This document shows, piece by piece, positions 38,736 to 51,229 of a stretch of 64,000 bases of DNA. This stretch comes from Azolla caroliniana (Eukaryota; Plantae; Polypodiophyta). The translations under genes and the position numbers were made by a program. Position 1 is the stretch's first letter; every line of letters begins with the position of its first letter. The DNA is taken from positions 1,178,001 through 1,242,000 of the forward strand of contig JBHGNT010000018.1 in assembly GCA_043228905.1 (NCBI GenBank), in the 5' to 3' direction. Under the pieces are notes generated by a model. It searched no databases, had not been told where the DNA came from, and was given only the letters and a program-made list of their open reading frames with translations.

Positions 38736-39635
38736 GCCAGCCTCCAACACACGCCCTAAGAAGTTCTCCTCGACTCCGGCAACAACATCTCTTCCATCAG
38801 CGTAGATTTAGTCACCCAATTACAACTTCACACGAGCCACGCACCGCCCATTAAAATCCTCTTCGGCGACCAACAACGGTTGTACCACTCACATACGCAA
38901 GTCATGTGCATGCTCACCATCAGTTCCACCCAGATCCAACATCGTTTCTACGTTGTCGTGGAGAAAACCGTCCCTAGTCAGAAACCGGGTATAACGTGCG
39001 TAAACCAGCCCTTACACATGGGCACAAGTTTTGTTGTATAGTACGTAGATAGGTACAAGTCGGCTGAGGTGAAATCCTAGGTAGCACGCATTCCTTAGGG
39101 GGAAAATCGAGGTGTATCCCTATCCGAAAGGACAGGGAATAAACATGATGTAATGGGTGGTAACGACCTCCCTCCTTGGGCTATAAAAGAGAGGGAGAGG
39201 TATTGTAAAAGGGGGATCACGTTTTGTGGAGGACGAAGTGCTACTGGACTGGAATCGAGCTCTTCTCCTTTGTCTTCTCCATAGTCGTTCTGTGCAGGTT
39301 TTCGGGAGGCTGACTCTACTCCGCGGAACGCCCGAGTGCTTCCGGCAGAGTCTCCATCTCGCGTTCTTTGCACGCGTGCGCGCGTGTGTGTGCAGGCATC
39401 GGAGCCTATCACTCGCTGGCTTGACGGTTGTAACTCCTTGATTTAAATATACATATATGTTCGTTATGTCTCCATTGTTCAGAGTTAGTTGCAACTCCTG
39501 CGAATCTATGTGTCTGTGTGCGTGTGAAATACATCGGTAGTTTCCTTCCCCTCTTCTCATTCGGTTATTTCTCGGTCCAAGGCCCCCGTGGTCACGCCTC
39601 ATTCTCCACGCACGCGCGTAACAACGTGACATATT

Positions 39636-39653
39636 TGGTGAACCCAACGTGAA
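39636..39653 (+). promoter_or_regulatory. Primer-binding site complementary to tRNA-Trp
   Basis: TGGTGAACCCAACGTGAA is 17/18 to the complement of the plant tRNA-Trp 3' end as recalled (TTCACGTCGGGTTCA-CCA). Confidence 0.8.
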
Positions 39654-41769
39654 CAGGCGGCAGAGGAATAGAAAGATGAGAGGGTCGGATCTTGTAGAAG
39701 CCATGGCTTCGGCTGTGGATCGGATAGTGAGTGCGCGCGAAGGCACAGGCGCCCTCGATAGGGCTATTGAAGCAGTTGTCGGCACGGTAAGCCGGTTCGG
39801 TGGGAAGGACGCCAAAAGCTATTTGGAGGCTTACTGAGCCGAAATGGTGATGAGGGACATCCCGGAGGACAGGCAACTGGCCGGATTCCCTTGGGCGGCG
39901 ATGCCGAGCATCCACGCGGAGGTGCTTGAGGTACGGGCTGAGAGTCAGACCTGGGAAGAGTTTGAAGGTCGGCTCCTTGAAAAATACGGGCTTGATGATG
40001 CGCTTCAGCTATCGAAACGGGACTTCATGGAATGGGTGGAAACCCCCGAAAAGGGGAGAAACACGTCGGTGCTCCTTCGGGAGTTTGAAGAACGCTTCGT
40101 ACATATTTCGGCGTTGGAACGGACCGTACTAGACACAAGTCGTGTCCTATTGTTCATTAAATCAGTGGACGTAAGGGACCGGGAGCAAGTGGGCTTCCTG
40201 TTGGAGACCGATGACGGCCTAACAACTGACTGGGCCGTGGTAAAGAGAGTTTGCGGCCATTTTGACAAACGGCGTGAGTGGGTCGATAAAGGCTTGACGA
40301 GGGTGGGTTCTATTGCGACAAGGACGGTCGAGGTACCCCCACCGGCGCGAAGGGAAGAGACCCGAGACTGGCTCGAGACCGGCTCAACTTCGACCAGCAT
40401 GGTCAAAGGCTCGTCCGGAGGAGCGGCTTTGGAGGAGCTGACTCAGATGGTGAGGGACCTCCAGATTGCACAAGCATGGAGGGACGACGGCGAACAAGTC
40501 CGTGATCGAACGCCTCCGGTTGGGAACCGATGCTTGTGGTGCGACGCGGTCGGCCATGCCCGAAAGGACTGCGGGGACTTCGCCAAGCGATAAGAGGGAA
40601 CGTGGTGTACCTATGGAACAGTCGAGTGCACGCTAGCGAGACCCGAAGGGCCTTGGATCTGAATGTCAGACGAGGAGGTATGAAACGGCTGATGGAAGAA
40701 GCGGCGGCTCGCCACGCGGAGACCGTCCACTACTCGGCGTCGGCTAGAATCCGGGTCGGAAGTGATGAAGTACAGAGGACGAAGGAAGCCGGATTCTGGC
40801 CGTTGATGCTGGAAGGCCTCGCTAGCGTACGGCTGAGGAAAGAGGAAACGGACCGCGCGGAAAGATGTGTCCGGGAGGCAACCGAGTGGAGTGACCCAGT
40901 CGAAGAGAAGACGGACTTCATTGAAGCCGCTTGCCAAAACTACGAGGTTCTGGTGGAGGACAAGCGTGCAGGTAAGACCGGAGGGGCCGGACCCTCACAA
41001 CAGTATGAGACCCGGTTCGGGCAAAAGCAGAATGATGCCGGTGCGACCGACGCACCAGATAAAGCCAAGATGGCCAGGTACCGATTGAGCACGAAGATCG
41101 AGAGGACCATGAACCTGCGAAAGGTCCTCAAGGAACGTATCCTCGACAACAAAGTGGAGTTGTCATTGAGGGAAGTGCTAGGAATCACCAAGAAGGAGTT
41201 CCACGACTCCATCGTGAACTTGGTGAAGCGGAAAAGGCTTTCGACAAAGCCGGAGCCGGAGAAGCCGGTGGAGGTGCGAACGACGCACCTAGAAGACATG
41301 GCTCTAGAAGACGAGTTGGCAGAGAGCCACTATTCAAGGCCACATTGGGCCAGAGCAACCACGGAGACCCCCGTTAAGATCGGTGATGTTCAGGAGCCGG
41401 TGGTGGCGTTGGTGGACCACGGTTCAGAAATCAACTTGATTTCCATGGACTTCTACAAGAAGGGGAAGTGGCTGATCAACACCAAGCACGGGTGGAAAAT
41501 ACGGGCAGCAACGCGCGCCACGGAAGAGCTGCATGGAGCTTGCCCGAATGTACGAGTGAAAATCGGCGATGTCGGCAGGACACGTCCTCACATCCGATTA
41601 TACTCGGGGAACCGTACATCACGGCGGCATAGATGGAGACCAAGGTGTTGGACAACGGTTCCACATATGCTCGAGTCAAGAGCCAGGATGGGCGTCACTC
41701 AGTCCAGTTCCTGACGATGCGACCGAACCATGAGCGTAACCACGAGACCCTCGGTGGCGAAAACTGAGG

Positions 41770-41835
41770 GGATTTTTAGAGAGGGCTATCAAGGCGTGGG
41801 GCCGCGATAGTCCGGACACCCCGGGAAAACCCCAC
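41770..41835 (+). promoter_or_regulatory. Candidate -1 programmed frameshift signal in E
   Basis: G GAT TTT TAG, 6-nt spacer, stem 1 41783-41790/41806-41813, stem 2 41796-41801/41830-41835; -1 frame open into pol. Confidence 0.7.
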
Positions 41836-42071
41836 AGATGTACTATAGGCAAAAAGACATGTACCATAGGTAGGAAATTTTGGTTGTCTGATAGTGGAGG
41901 TTGTACAATAACCGACGTAGTTGGCCGGGAAAAGAAGCGAGTGGAGGAGCGACTTCAGGCATGCGGAGTCCTTGGCCCTGAAGAGGAAATCAACGGAGCC
42001 GTGGAGGCGGTCTCTTTCGACAACACCTTGGGGAAGTTATGGGAGGTGTTCGGAGAAGGCCTTAATGAGGT

Positions 42072-42226
42072 CTCGAGTCGGATCGGACGGCTCGAGTGGA
42101 TACGAAGTCATCGCCGACTTCAGTAATGGACTCGAGTCAAATCGGATGGATCGAGTGTATACAAAGTCATCGCCGACTTCAGTAATGGACTCGAGTAAGA
42201 TCGGACGGCTCGAGTGGATACGAAGT
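42072..42226 (+). repeat. 59-bp tandem repeat (~2.6 units) in the E pol N-terminus
   Basis: ctcgagt units at 42072, 42131, 42190. Confidence 0.85.
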
Positions 42227-45200
42227 ACAAGATTGTGGACCAGAAGGTGAGGCCAGTTGTTGCACCCTTGCCAGAGGGCAACGAGTTACGGATAAAGGGG
42301 GTCGCGTCGGACCCAAGTTTACAAGATCCGACCAGCATAGGACACACATTCACCGACATAATGGTACGGAAGTTCAAGATCGGTGGGGGTGGCTTTCTAC
42401 TGTCGGCGGAAGAGGACCAGTTTCGGAGAATGCTCGGGAGGCACGGGAAGGCTTTCGCATTCTCACCGGAGGAGATTGGGTGCATAGACCCGATGGTTGT
42501 GGAACCAATGGTGATCTTCATGGTACCGCATATGCCGTGGAATCTCAAACCGATTCCGGTACCCAGAGCTCACATTCCAAGGCTGATGGAGTTGCTGAAA
42601 CATAAGGTGGAGATGGGCATCCTCAAACCGTCAAGTGCCCCATACTCGAATCGGTGGTTTATCATGCCAAAGAAGAACGACGCGTTGCACTTTATTCAAG
42701 ACTTGCAGCCAGTCAACAAGGTGACCATTCGGAATGCAGGAATCGGACCGACCATAGAAGAGTTCACAGAGGCCTAGGGGTACAATCAGTTCCAACTAGC
42801 CGTGGAGAGCAGGGACATTATGATGATGCGGACTCCTCTCGGCCTAGTGCGGATGTGTACCCTCCTGCAAGGAGGGACAAACTCAGTAGCCCACATGGTG
42901 AACGCAATGAACAAAGTGTTGAGGGATTGTATCCTGGGCATCACCATGCCATTCTTAGACGACATCCTGATCAAAGGATGCTCGGTGGAGGAAAAGGACG
43001 AGACAATCGGACCGGACAGATGTCGGAAATTCGTGGCGACACACGTCGATGACTGCGAAAAGGTGCTGCAAAGACTAGAAGGAACGAGGCTCACCTTCTC
43101 CGGTGAAAAATCGGCCTTCGGGCAATCAGAGATCATGGTCGTCGGGCACCTATGCGGGCCATATGGTCGGAAACCGTCTCTGTCCAAGGTGGAGGCCATC
43201 TCCGCGATGAAGCAAGACTGCAATTCGGTTACGGAGGTTTGGAGATTCCTGGGAGCATGTGCGTTCTACCATATCTAGATCCCACATCACGCCCACGTCG
43301 CGGAGCCGCTCTATGGGTTGCTGAAGAAAGGGCGTAAATTCAAGTGGAGAGACGAGCATACGGAGTCGGTTCGAAAGATGAAAGAAGCACTTGCCGCGGC
43401 ACCAACACTCCGAAAGGCTGTCTACAGCAAAGACACTCTGATTTACGTGACCGTAGACACGAGTCCCACCGGGATTGGATGGGTGATCAACCAAGAAGAT
43501 GACGATGGCGCGAGGTTCCCCATCCGGTTCGGTGCGAAAGTCCTCAGTGAGCGACAACGAGGATACGCCCAGGTTAAACGCGAACTCTAAGGTATCGTTT
43601 CGGCGGTCAAGGCCGATAAAGATTACCTGATCAGCACACAGGTGATAATCGAGACGGACTGCCTGCCGATTCTCCACATGGTTTCCGGATGCGCGACGCC
43701 GGACTTGGCAATGCTCAAGTGGATAGCATACATCAAGTCCCTGAATCCAGAAATACGACACATTTCCGGAAAAGGCAATGCCATGGCTGACATGCTTTCG
43801 AGAGCGAGGTTTGATGACGAGGACAGCATGGTTTCGGAGGACGAGGAAGTCGGCGTGGACTTCTTCGAGGTGGCTTACGTAACAACAAGAAAGGGGAGCA
43901 CTCCGGTGCTTAACGACGAGAGCAAGTACGACGGGGAGTGGCTCCAGATCAGTGGGTTCCTAAAGACAATGACACCGAACGCGGCGTGGACGAAGGAAGA
44001 GACCAATCGGATTCAGAAGAAAGCATATCAATTCTTCCTACGGGACGAGAGCATATGGAAGCACCCGAAGAAAAGAAACAACATCCCGCTCTGAGTGGTG
44101 GCAAAGAAAGAGGAACAGGAAGAATTGCTGACGGCATACCACGAGAGTCCCTAGGCCGGACACCACGGGACGTGGGCCACATTCGAGAAGCTAAAGGGGA
44201 AGTACTGGTGGCCAGGACTATACTGGGATGTGCATCGGTTCGTGACAACTTGCGAAAGCTGTCAGGTGCACTCCATAGTCCGACATCGAGACGAGTTTCA
44301 CCCGACCTACCCTCCGACCGTCCACTTCAAGTGGATGATGGATCTAGTAACGATGCGGATGGGGGTAGGGCAGATGCGGTATCTGGTGCTAGCTCGAGAG
44401 GACCTTACGAACCAAGTGGAAGTTCGATTGTTGTAGAACAAAATGACCGCGGCCGTGTGCCGATTTCTGATCGAAGAAGTGGTATGTCGGTACGGGTGCA
44501 TAGGTAAGATCGTGGCTGACCGCAGAGAATTGGACGCGCAAGAGGCGGAAGAGTTGTTTGACCGACTAGGGATTAAACTCTCGCTTACCACAACATACAA
44601 TCCGGAGGCTAACGGGAAGGTGGAACGTGGACACGGGCCGATCGTCAAAGCATTAGTACGGGCGTGTGGAGGCCAAGTCGGGAACTGGCCGCGGCTCTTA
44701 CCCTATGCGTTGTGGGCGGATCGAACTACGCATAGTTTGGTAACTAGGTTCATGCCGACAGAGCTAATGTACGGGCAGAAGCTGATCATGCCAACGGAGC
44801 AGAAAATCTCCTCATGGACCACGGTGGACTGGAAATACGAGATGAGTTGGGAGGAGCTGTTAGCGGCACGAATTCGACAGCTGGAGCAAAGATCGAAGGA
44901 CGTGGACCGAGCCGCGGAGAAGCTACAGGTGGCGAGGGTAAAGAACAAAGGACGGTTCAACCGGACTCACCAACTGAGACCGAAGAAGATCAAGGAAGGC
45001 GACTGGGTTCTAGTGTATGACAGCAACCTCGACAACCAGCACAGGGCAATGCGGAAGTTTGCAAGAAGGTGGTTCGAGCCTTATGTGGTGACAAGCGCGA
45101 ATGACAATGGGACCTACCATCTCACGGAGCTCGACGGGACAAGGATGGCGGTACCGGTGGCGGGGAAAAGGATCAAAGCATTCAAAAAGCGGCACGAGGC

Positions 45201-46915
45201 TGAACCAGACCCGAATGACCTGGATAGCAACAGTGACCGGCTCGGAACGGATGTCGATCCGGAAGACAAAGGATAAGCGTGGGCCGATCTTCTCCGGCAA
45301 GAGTCTAATTTTGGCGCATACCGATGGATGCGTGGTTAGGTGGGGGCGGATGTCGTGAAGAAAACATGATGTAACGGGTGGTAACGACCTCCCTCCTTGG
45401 GCTATAAAAGAGAGGGAGAGGTATTGTAAAAGGGGGATCGCATTTTGTGGAGGACGAAGTGCTGCCAGACTAGAACCGAGCTCTTCTCCTTTGTCTTCTC
45501 CATAATCGTTCTGTGCAGGTTTTCGGGAGGCTGACTCTGCTCCGCGGAACGCCCAAGTGCTTTTGGTAGAGTCTCCATCTCATGTTCTATGTGTGTGCAC
45601 GCGCGTGTGTGTGCAGGCGTCGGAGCCTATCACTCGCCGGCTTGCCGGTTGTAACTCCTTGATTTAAATATACATATACATTCGTTTTGTCTACATTGTT
45701 CGGAGTTAATTGCAACTCCTACGAATCTGTGTGTCTGTGTGCGTGTGAAGTACATCGGTAGTTTCCTTCCCCTCTTCTCATTCGGTTATTTCTTGGTCCA
45801 AGGCCCCCGTGGTCCCGCCTCGTTCTCCATGCATGCGTGTAACAACTCAACTACGTCCTCCCGCGCTAGTTGTTCCCAATCACCCTGGGCTATGATTGGT
45901 TCCCCCATAGTCAAGCCTGTCTCGATTTCTCCTCACAATAGCTCATCCTCCCCAATCACCTTCCGATCGTGGTCTTCACTACTCCACGAGATACCACCCA
46001 CATCAACAACACACAGTACCTGGTATCACCGACAGAGCGCATCCACGACATTCAACGGCTCCTAGCCACCTTTCCATCGCTGTCTACACCACCTGCAAAA
46101 CCCCCCTCGGCCCGTTTTCCGATCCACCACACGATTCCTACAAGCAACGCCCGCCCCATCAACGCAACTCCCCGACGTCGCTCGCCTCTTGACCACGAGC
46201 GCATCGACAACGCCGTCAAAACTATGTTACAACAGGGGATTATCACACCTTCCAAAAGCGAGTAGATCTCGAAGCCTCACATGGTAAAGAAAGGGGATGG
46301 CTCTTACCGTTTTTGTGTCTACTTCCGACAACTAAACCATGTCAGCACCCATGACCGATATCCTCTCCCTTGTATCGACAACCTCCTCGACCAACTTGGC
46401 AAATCAAAGTAATTCACCTCCCTCGATTTGGCCTTGGGATATTGGCAGATCCCTATGAATCCTAAAGATGCCCACAAAACTGCATTCCGCACTAGGAAAG
46501 GCATTTTTCAGTTCACACGAATGCCCTTTGGCCTATCTAATGCTGGGAACACATTCCAACGAATGGCTAACGCCCTCTTCGATGATCTCATCACCCGCCG
46601 CGTCGTCATCATCTATCTAAACGATATTCTGATACATACAAGCACTTGGGTGGAACACCTTCAAGTCCTTCGGGAGGTCCTCACTTGTGTTCAACGCTAT
46701 TGATTGCAACTGCAATGGAAGAAGTGTTGATGGGGTAGTACATGCCTCCACTTCCTCAGGTACGTCATCTCCTCCGACGGAGTACAAATGGACCTAGAGA
46801 AGACGGAAGCAGTCCAAAAATTCCCACGCCCCACCACAGTCAAGCAACTTCAACGCTTCCTCGGCCTCCTCACGTTCTCTCTCCGCTTCATCCCACAACT
46901 AGTCGACCTGTCAAC

Positions 46916-47138
46916 TAGGGATCGGCAACGGCTCGGCTCAAGCCTAAACCGTTTGGCTTAGTCGGCTTGAAAACGGCTTAGCGGCTCGGCTCGGCTCAGT
47001 TTAGGCTTAAACTTGCCTTAACAGTTTGAGCTCGGCTCGGCTTGGCTTGAGCCTCGCCAAACCGGCTCAAGCTGGCTAAGCCGTTTATAAACTTTAGAGA
47101 GACAGGGAGAGAGACAACAGACAAGGGGAAAGAGAGAT

Positions 47139-47172
<34 letters not shown>

Positions 47173-47536
47173 GAACTACATAGAGGGGAGAGAGAGAGAG
47201 AGACTACACAGAGGGGGGGGGGGGGAGAGAGAGGGAGAGAGTCGAGACCACAGACGTGAGAGAGAGTGGGAGGGAGAGCTTGTACAATGTATACTATATA
47301 ATATATAGTATATAGTGGATCATTTGAGAGAGAGAGAGAGAGAGGGAGGTTTCTAAACCAGTTTCCAAGCCGTTTACCAAACTGGTTCACAAACCGGTTT
47401 AGCCTAAACCGGTTTGTGAACTGGCTCGACTCGGCTCGGCTCAGGTTTGAGATCCCATAAACGGTTTAGGCTTAGCCGGTTTGGCTTGGATCAGGCCAAA
47501 CCGGCTAAGCCTAAACCGAACCATTGCCGATCCCTA
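46916..47536. mobile_element. Non-autonomous hAT-type MITE (621 bp)
   Basis: TIR TAGGGATCGGCAA(C/T)GG; 8-bp TSD CTGTCAAC/CTATCAGC, whose removal restores host DLSAPLRALL; subterminal GGCTC/GGCTT repeats; (GA)n core. Confidence 0.92.
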
Positions 47537-50500
47537 CTATCAGCCCCACTACGCGCGCTCCTGCAAAAAGACGCACCCTTCCTATGGACCGAAGCCTGCG
47601 AATCCAGCGTCCTGCAGCTCAAGCGAACACTCCAAGCCTCTGACCTCCTGGCCCACCCTGATTTCACGAAGCCTTTCCATCTGTAGACGGATGCCTCCAA
47701 TGTTGGCCTTGGTGCGGTCTTGTTCCAATCCAACAACAACAACCAACTCCGCCCGATTGCCTACATAAGTTGGTCACTTACCAAAGCCGAACAAAATTAC
47801 TCGACAACCGAAAAAGAGTTGTTCACCATCGTCTGGGCATTCCATCGTTTCCACCCATACCTACACGGATCAAATACATCAGTTGAAACCGACCATCAGC
47901 CATTGCTCTCCCTCATAAAGAAGGCTTATCCACCCGGTCGCTTACTCCGTTGGGCTTTGGCGCTACAGGATTACATATTCACTCTGCACTATCGCCGTGG
48001 TCCCCAGAACATCGTCGCCGATGGATTATCCCGCATATCCTTTCAGGCAAACTAGATCACCTCTGACACAAATCGATTTCCCCATATCCTCGTCCCAAAT
48101 GGCCAACATGCAACAACACAACAAAAAAATCTAAGACATCTGCCACCACCTACGAGCCGAGCCCACATCATCCCTCACCAAGCAATTCATGATCCAGGAT
48201 AATGTCCTGCTTTTTTGCCATGCAGGCAAGGAACCCTGGGTCTACGTGCCTAAGCAATTGCGCCTATCTTACCTTCGTTTCTTCCACGATGACCCGTTGT
48301 CTAGCCACTTGGGTTTTCATAAGGCACTAAACAAAATCCGTTGCAAATTCTATTGGCCAGGGCTACGCCACGAGGTCGCCTCCTACATCACAGCATGCAA
48401 CTTATGTTAGGCCATCAAATCACCTCAAGTTGCTCAAGGCCTCTTACATCTGATACAAGTTCAAGCTCCATTTGAAATCGTCGAATGGGACATTATGGGC
48501 CCCTTTTCCAAGTCACAAGAAGGGAACAAATTCATCCTCGTCATAACCGAGTACTTGATGTGTTGGGTTGAGACAACCGCTATCCCAGATGCGAAGGCTA
48601 TGACCATCGCCTTCAAACTATTGGAGAAAATCATCTTCTCCCATGGTTGCCCACTCCAAATCTTGTCCGATCGAGGACCCTAGTTCAACAACGAGCTCCT
48701 ACGCCTCGTTTCTACACAATTAGGAATCCAACATTATTCACGTCATCCTACCATCTGTAGACGAATGGATTGACGGAGCGCCTCAATCGAACCTTAAAAC
48801 ATCAAATCTCGGCCTACATCGATCCGCTGCACTCAACCTGAGACCAGATCTTGCCCTTCGTTACGCATGCCTACAACACAATTGTGCAAGCCTCCACCCG
48901 CATTAGCCCATTTCGGGCCCTTTACGGAAGGGACCCGCGCTTACCCCCAGAAGTGGCAGTCCCGCAACCAATCACACGACTCCACTCTGATGCAGTGTCC
49001 TGGTGGTCCCACCTGCAGCAACTCCAGCCTCTCCTCCGCAAAGCCATCACGAGCAACCTGCACCAAGCACAACTACGCCAAAAATGACAACACGATGCAG
49101 GCCGCACCGACCATCGATACCACGTCGGCGACAAAGTCCTTGTCTATTTCCCCATCCGTCGTCGCAACTTCAGCAAGTCGCTCATGCACCGATGGATCGG
49201 TCCCTTCGAAGTTCAAAAGCAAATACGCAACACTACATATCTGCTCTGCCGCGCCTCCAACAACTGCTCTACCATTTGCCCACTAGTCTCGCATGAAGCC
49301 CTTCCATTAGCTACCATCACCCCCGCCCACGCCCACGCCCACGCCCGTGTCATCCCCCCGCCTAGAACCGTCGTCCATGCCCCGTCGCGATCCGACCGCA
49401 CAATAACTTTTTTTTACAAGGGGGAACTGTGGCGGTCACATGGACCACACCCAAATTAGGCGTCTACCAAGCCCCCATAATTAGAAGAGCTAATTGGAGT
49501 GGGAGAACACCCTCCACGCTAAGAGTAGTCTATAAAATGTAACTTGGAACGTAATGGAAAAGGAGGCTATTCTTGAGAGCATTTCACAGTACATCTTTGT
49601 GTTTTTTTTTCTAAAAATATGTCCTTTCATCGGTATAAAGTTTAAACAATTTACAAGCTTTTGATTCCTATGTGATCGGTGAAGGAAACAACCATTTTGG
49701 TGGTTGAAAGTACCAATAAGGAGTGCCATTCTTGGAGGTGATAAGTGGTATAGTTGTCCACAAAGTAAGAAACGGATGGCATTGAGCAGCTTTATTGTCA
49801 TAATCTCCAACAATACAATCCCATTGACCCTTCAAAGTAAGAACCATGTCTAACCAAATACTTTTTACCAATTCAATTGGTGAGGCTCTAACTTGATGAA
49901 ACATACATGTTTGTGTTTTTATGCCTATATCTATATGTACATATATATTACGTGTGTATGTGTGTTTTTTTTTGTTTTGGTGAGGGAAATGTGGGTTGAA
50001 TATTAAGATATAAGGGAGGACTTAAGAGATAAGAGAAAATAATAAATTGAGGGATAGTTAAATTTTTTAAGGATGCATGCAAGTTTGTTTGGGGGTACAA
50101 GATGTGTGAATGAACCCAAGGCTCGAACATTAAGCCTAGGATCAAGTGATCGAGTCTGAGTTGAGCCGAGATTTTGGTAGTGGAACCATCTTAGGTAGGG
50201 TAAATGACAAGGGGGCCTAGCGCAAGAGCATTGCATGATGCTCGTAAGCTCCTCATATCATGCAACTACTTCACATTGCTTGTAGCCATAAAACGTAATA
50301 TTCGTGTTCGTGCAAGCATTCAAACGTTTGGAAACGAACACGTTAGAAATGGGAAAAATATGTGCTCCCATTATAATCATTACAATTCAGTTCACACTAG
50401 TGGTAAGGAGTCATGTTATTGCTATCTATGTCTTGGGTTCGTTTCCCAATGTTCTCATCTCTTTCTCTCATTAGTATCGTGTCATAACAAAATTTTATCT

Positions 50501-51229
50501 TATTATTATTATTATTATTATTATAACTAAGCACAACCTAGTGGTAAGTTGTTGTGCTATTATTACTTGTGTCTTGGGCTCAATTCCCAACTTTCTCATA
50601 TCCTTTTGTTAGTGTCATGGGAAAATTTTATGTTATTGTCATGTTCCTTTTTCTTCTTTTTCTTCCTTTCTTTGTTATTAGAAATTAGTTCACCCTAGCG
50701 GCAAGTTGTTATGCTACTACTACCTATGTCATGGCAAAATTTTATGTTAGTGTCATGTTCCTTTTTCTTTCTTTCTTTCTTATTAGAAATTAGGTCACCC
50801 TAGTGGTAAGTTGTTATGCTACTATTGCCTATGTCATGTTTTCTTCATATTCTCGAATATACGTTTTATGAGTTTTTGAACGTTTGATTATAATTTATAA
50901 TGACATATTTTGATTCAATCTCTATAGTTCATACTCATTTTTTTATAAAGTTATAAAGTGAGGATAATAGAGATGTCTTGATTCGCATCCCAAAAGTATG
51001 CATGTGATACAATGCAAATATTGCAACCATACTTATGTTGGTGGTTCACAATGGATTAGAGTCCACTTATTAGGATTGAGAGTGAATCAATATATAATAT
51101 AGACCCTAGTCAATCCAATCCAACTTGTCAATCCAATCCAACTTTGAGATGATTTACCATACACGTTTGATTGAATCATTCTCGAATGCGAATGCACGTA
51201 TGATACATACGGTTCATTGTATGTATACA

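Larger units (their letters stand above)
38954..45846 (+). mobile_element. Ty3/Gypsy element E, near full length, decayed, inserted in the F protease
   Basis: 5' LTR 38954-39631, 3' LTR 45351-45846, Trp PBS, PPT ggtgggggcgga; gag-pro ~39676-41779; pol to 45276; no chromodomain. Confidence 0.95.
36245..49588 (+). mobile_element. Ty3/Gypsy element F with 161-bp LTRs, decayed; hosts G, E and a hAT MITE
   Basis: LTRs 36245-36405 and 49428-49588; PPT aagggggaac; gag (PFSGLPSEDILSWLDHFE), knuckle CFYCNNYGH, protease LLDSG...LGYDW, RT (MPFGLSNA, YLND), RNase H (NYSTTEKEL), integrase (HDDPLSSHLG). Confidence 0.9.

Noticed and set aside
40575-40595. Frameshift after the E zinc knuckle as a programmed gag-pro shift
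   Set aside because: The homologous C region (HQRRDCSKFQNALQRDIIYL) is continuous in one frame and there is no slippery site, so it is a decay indel
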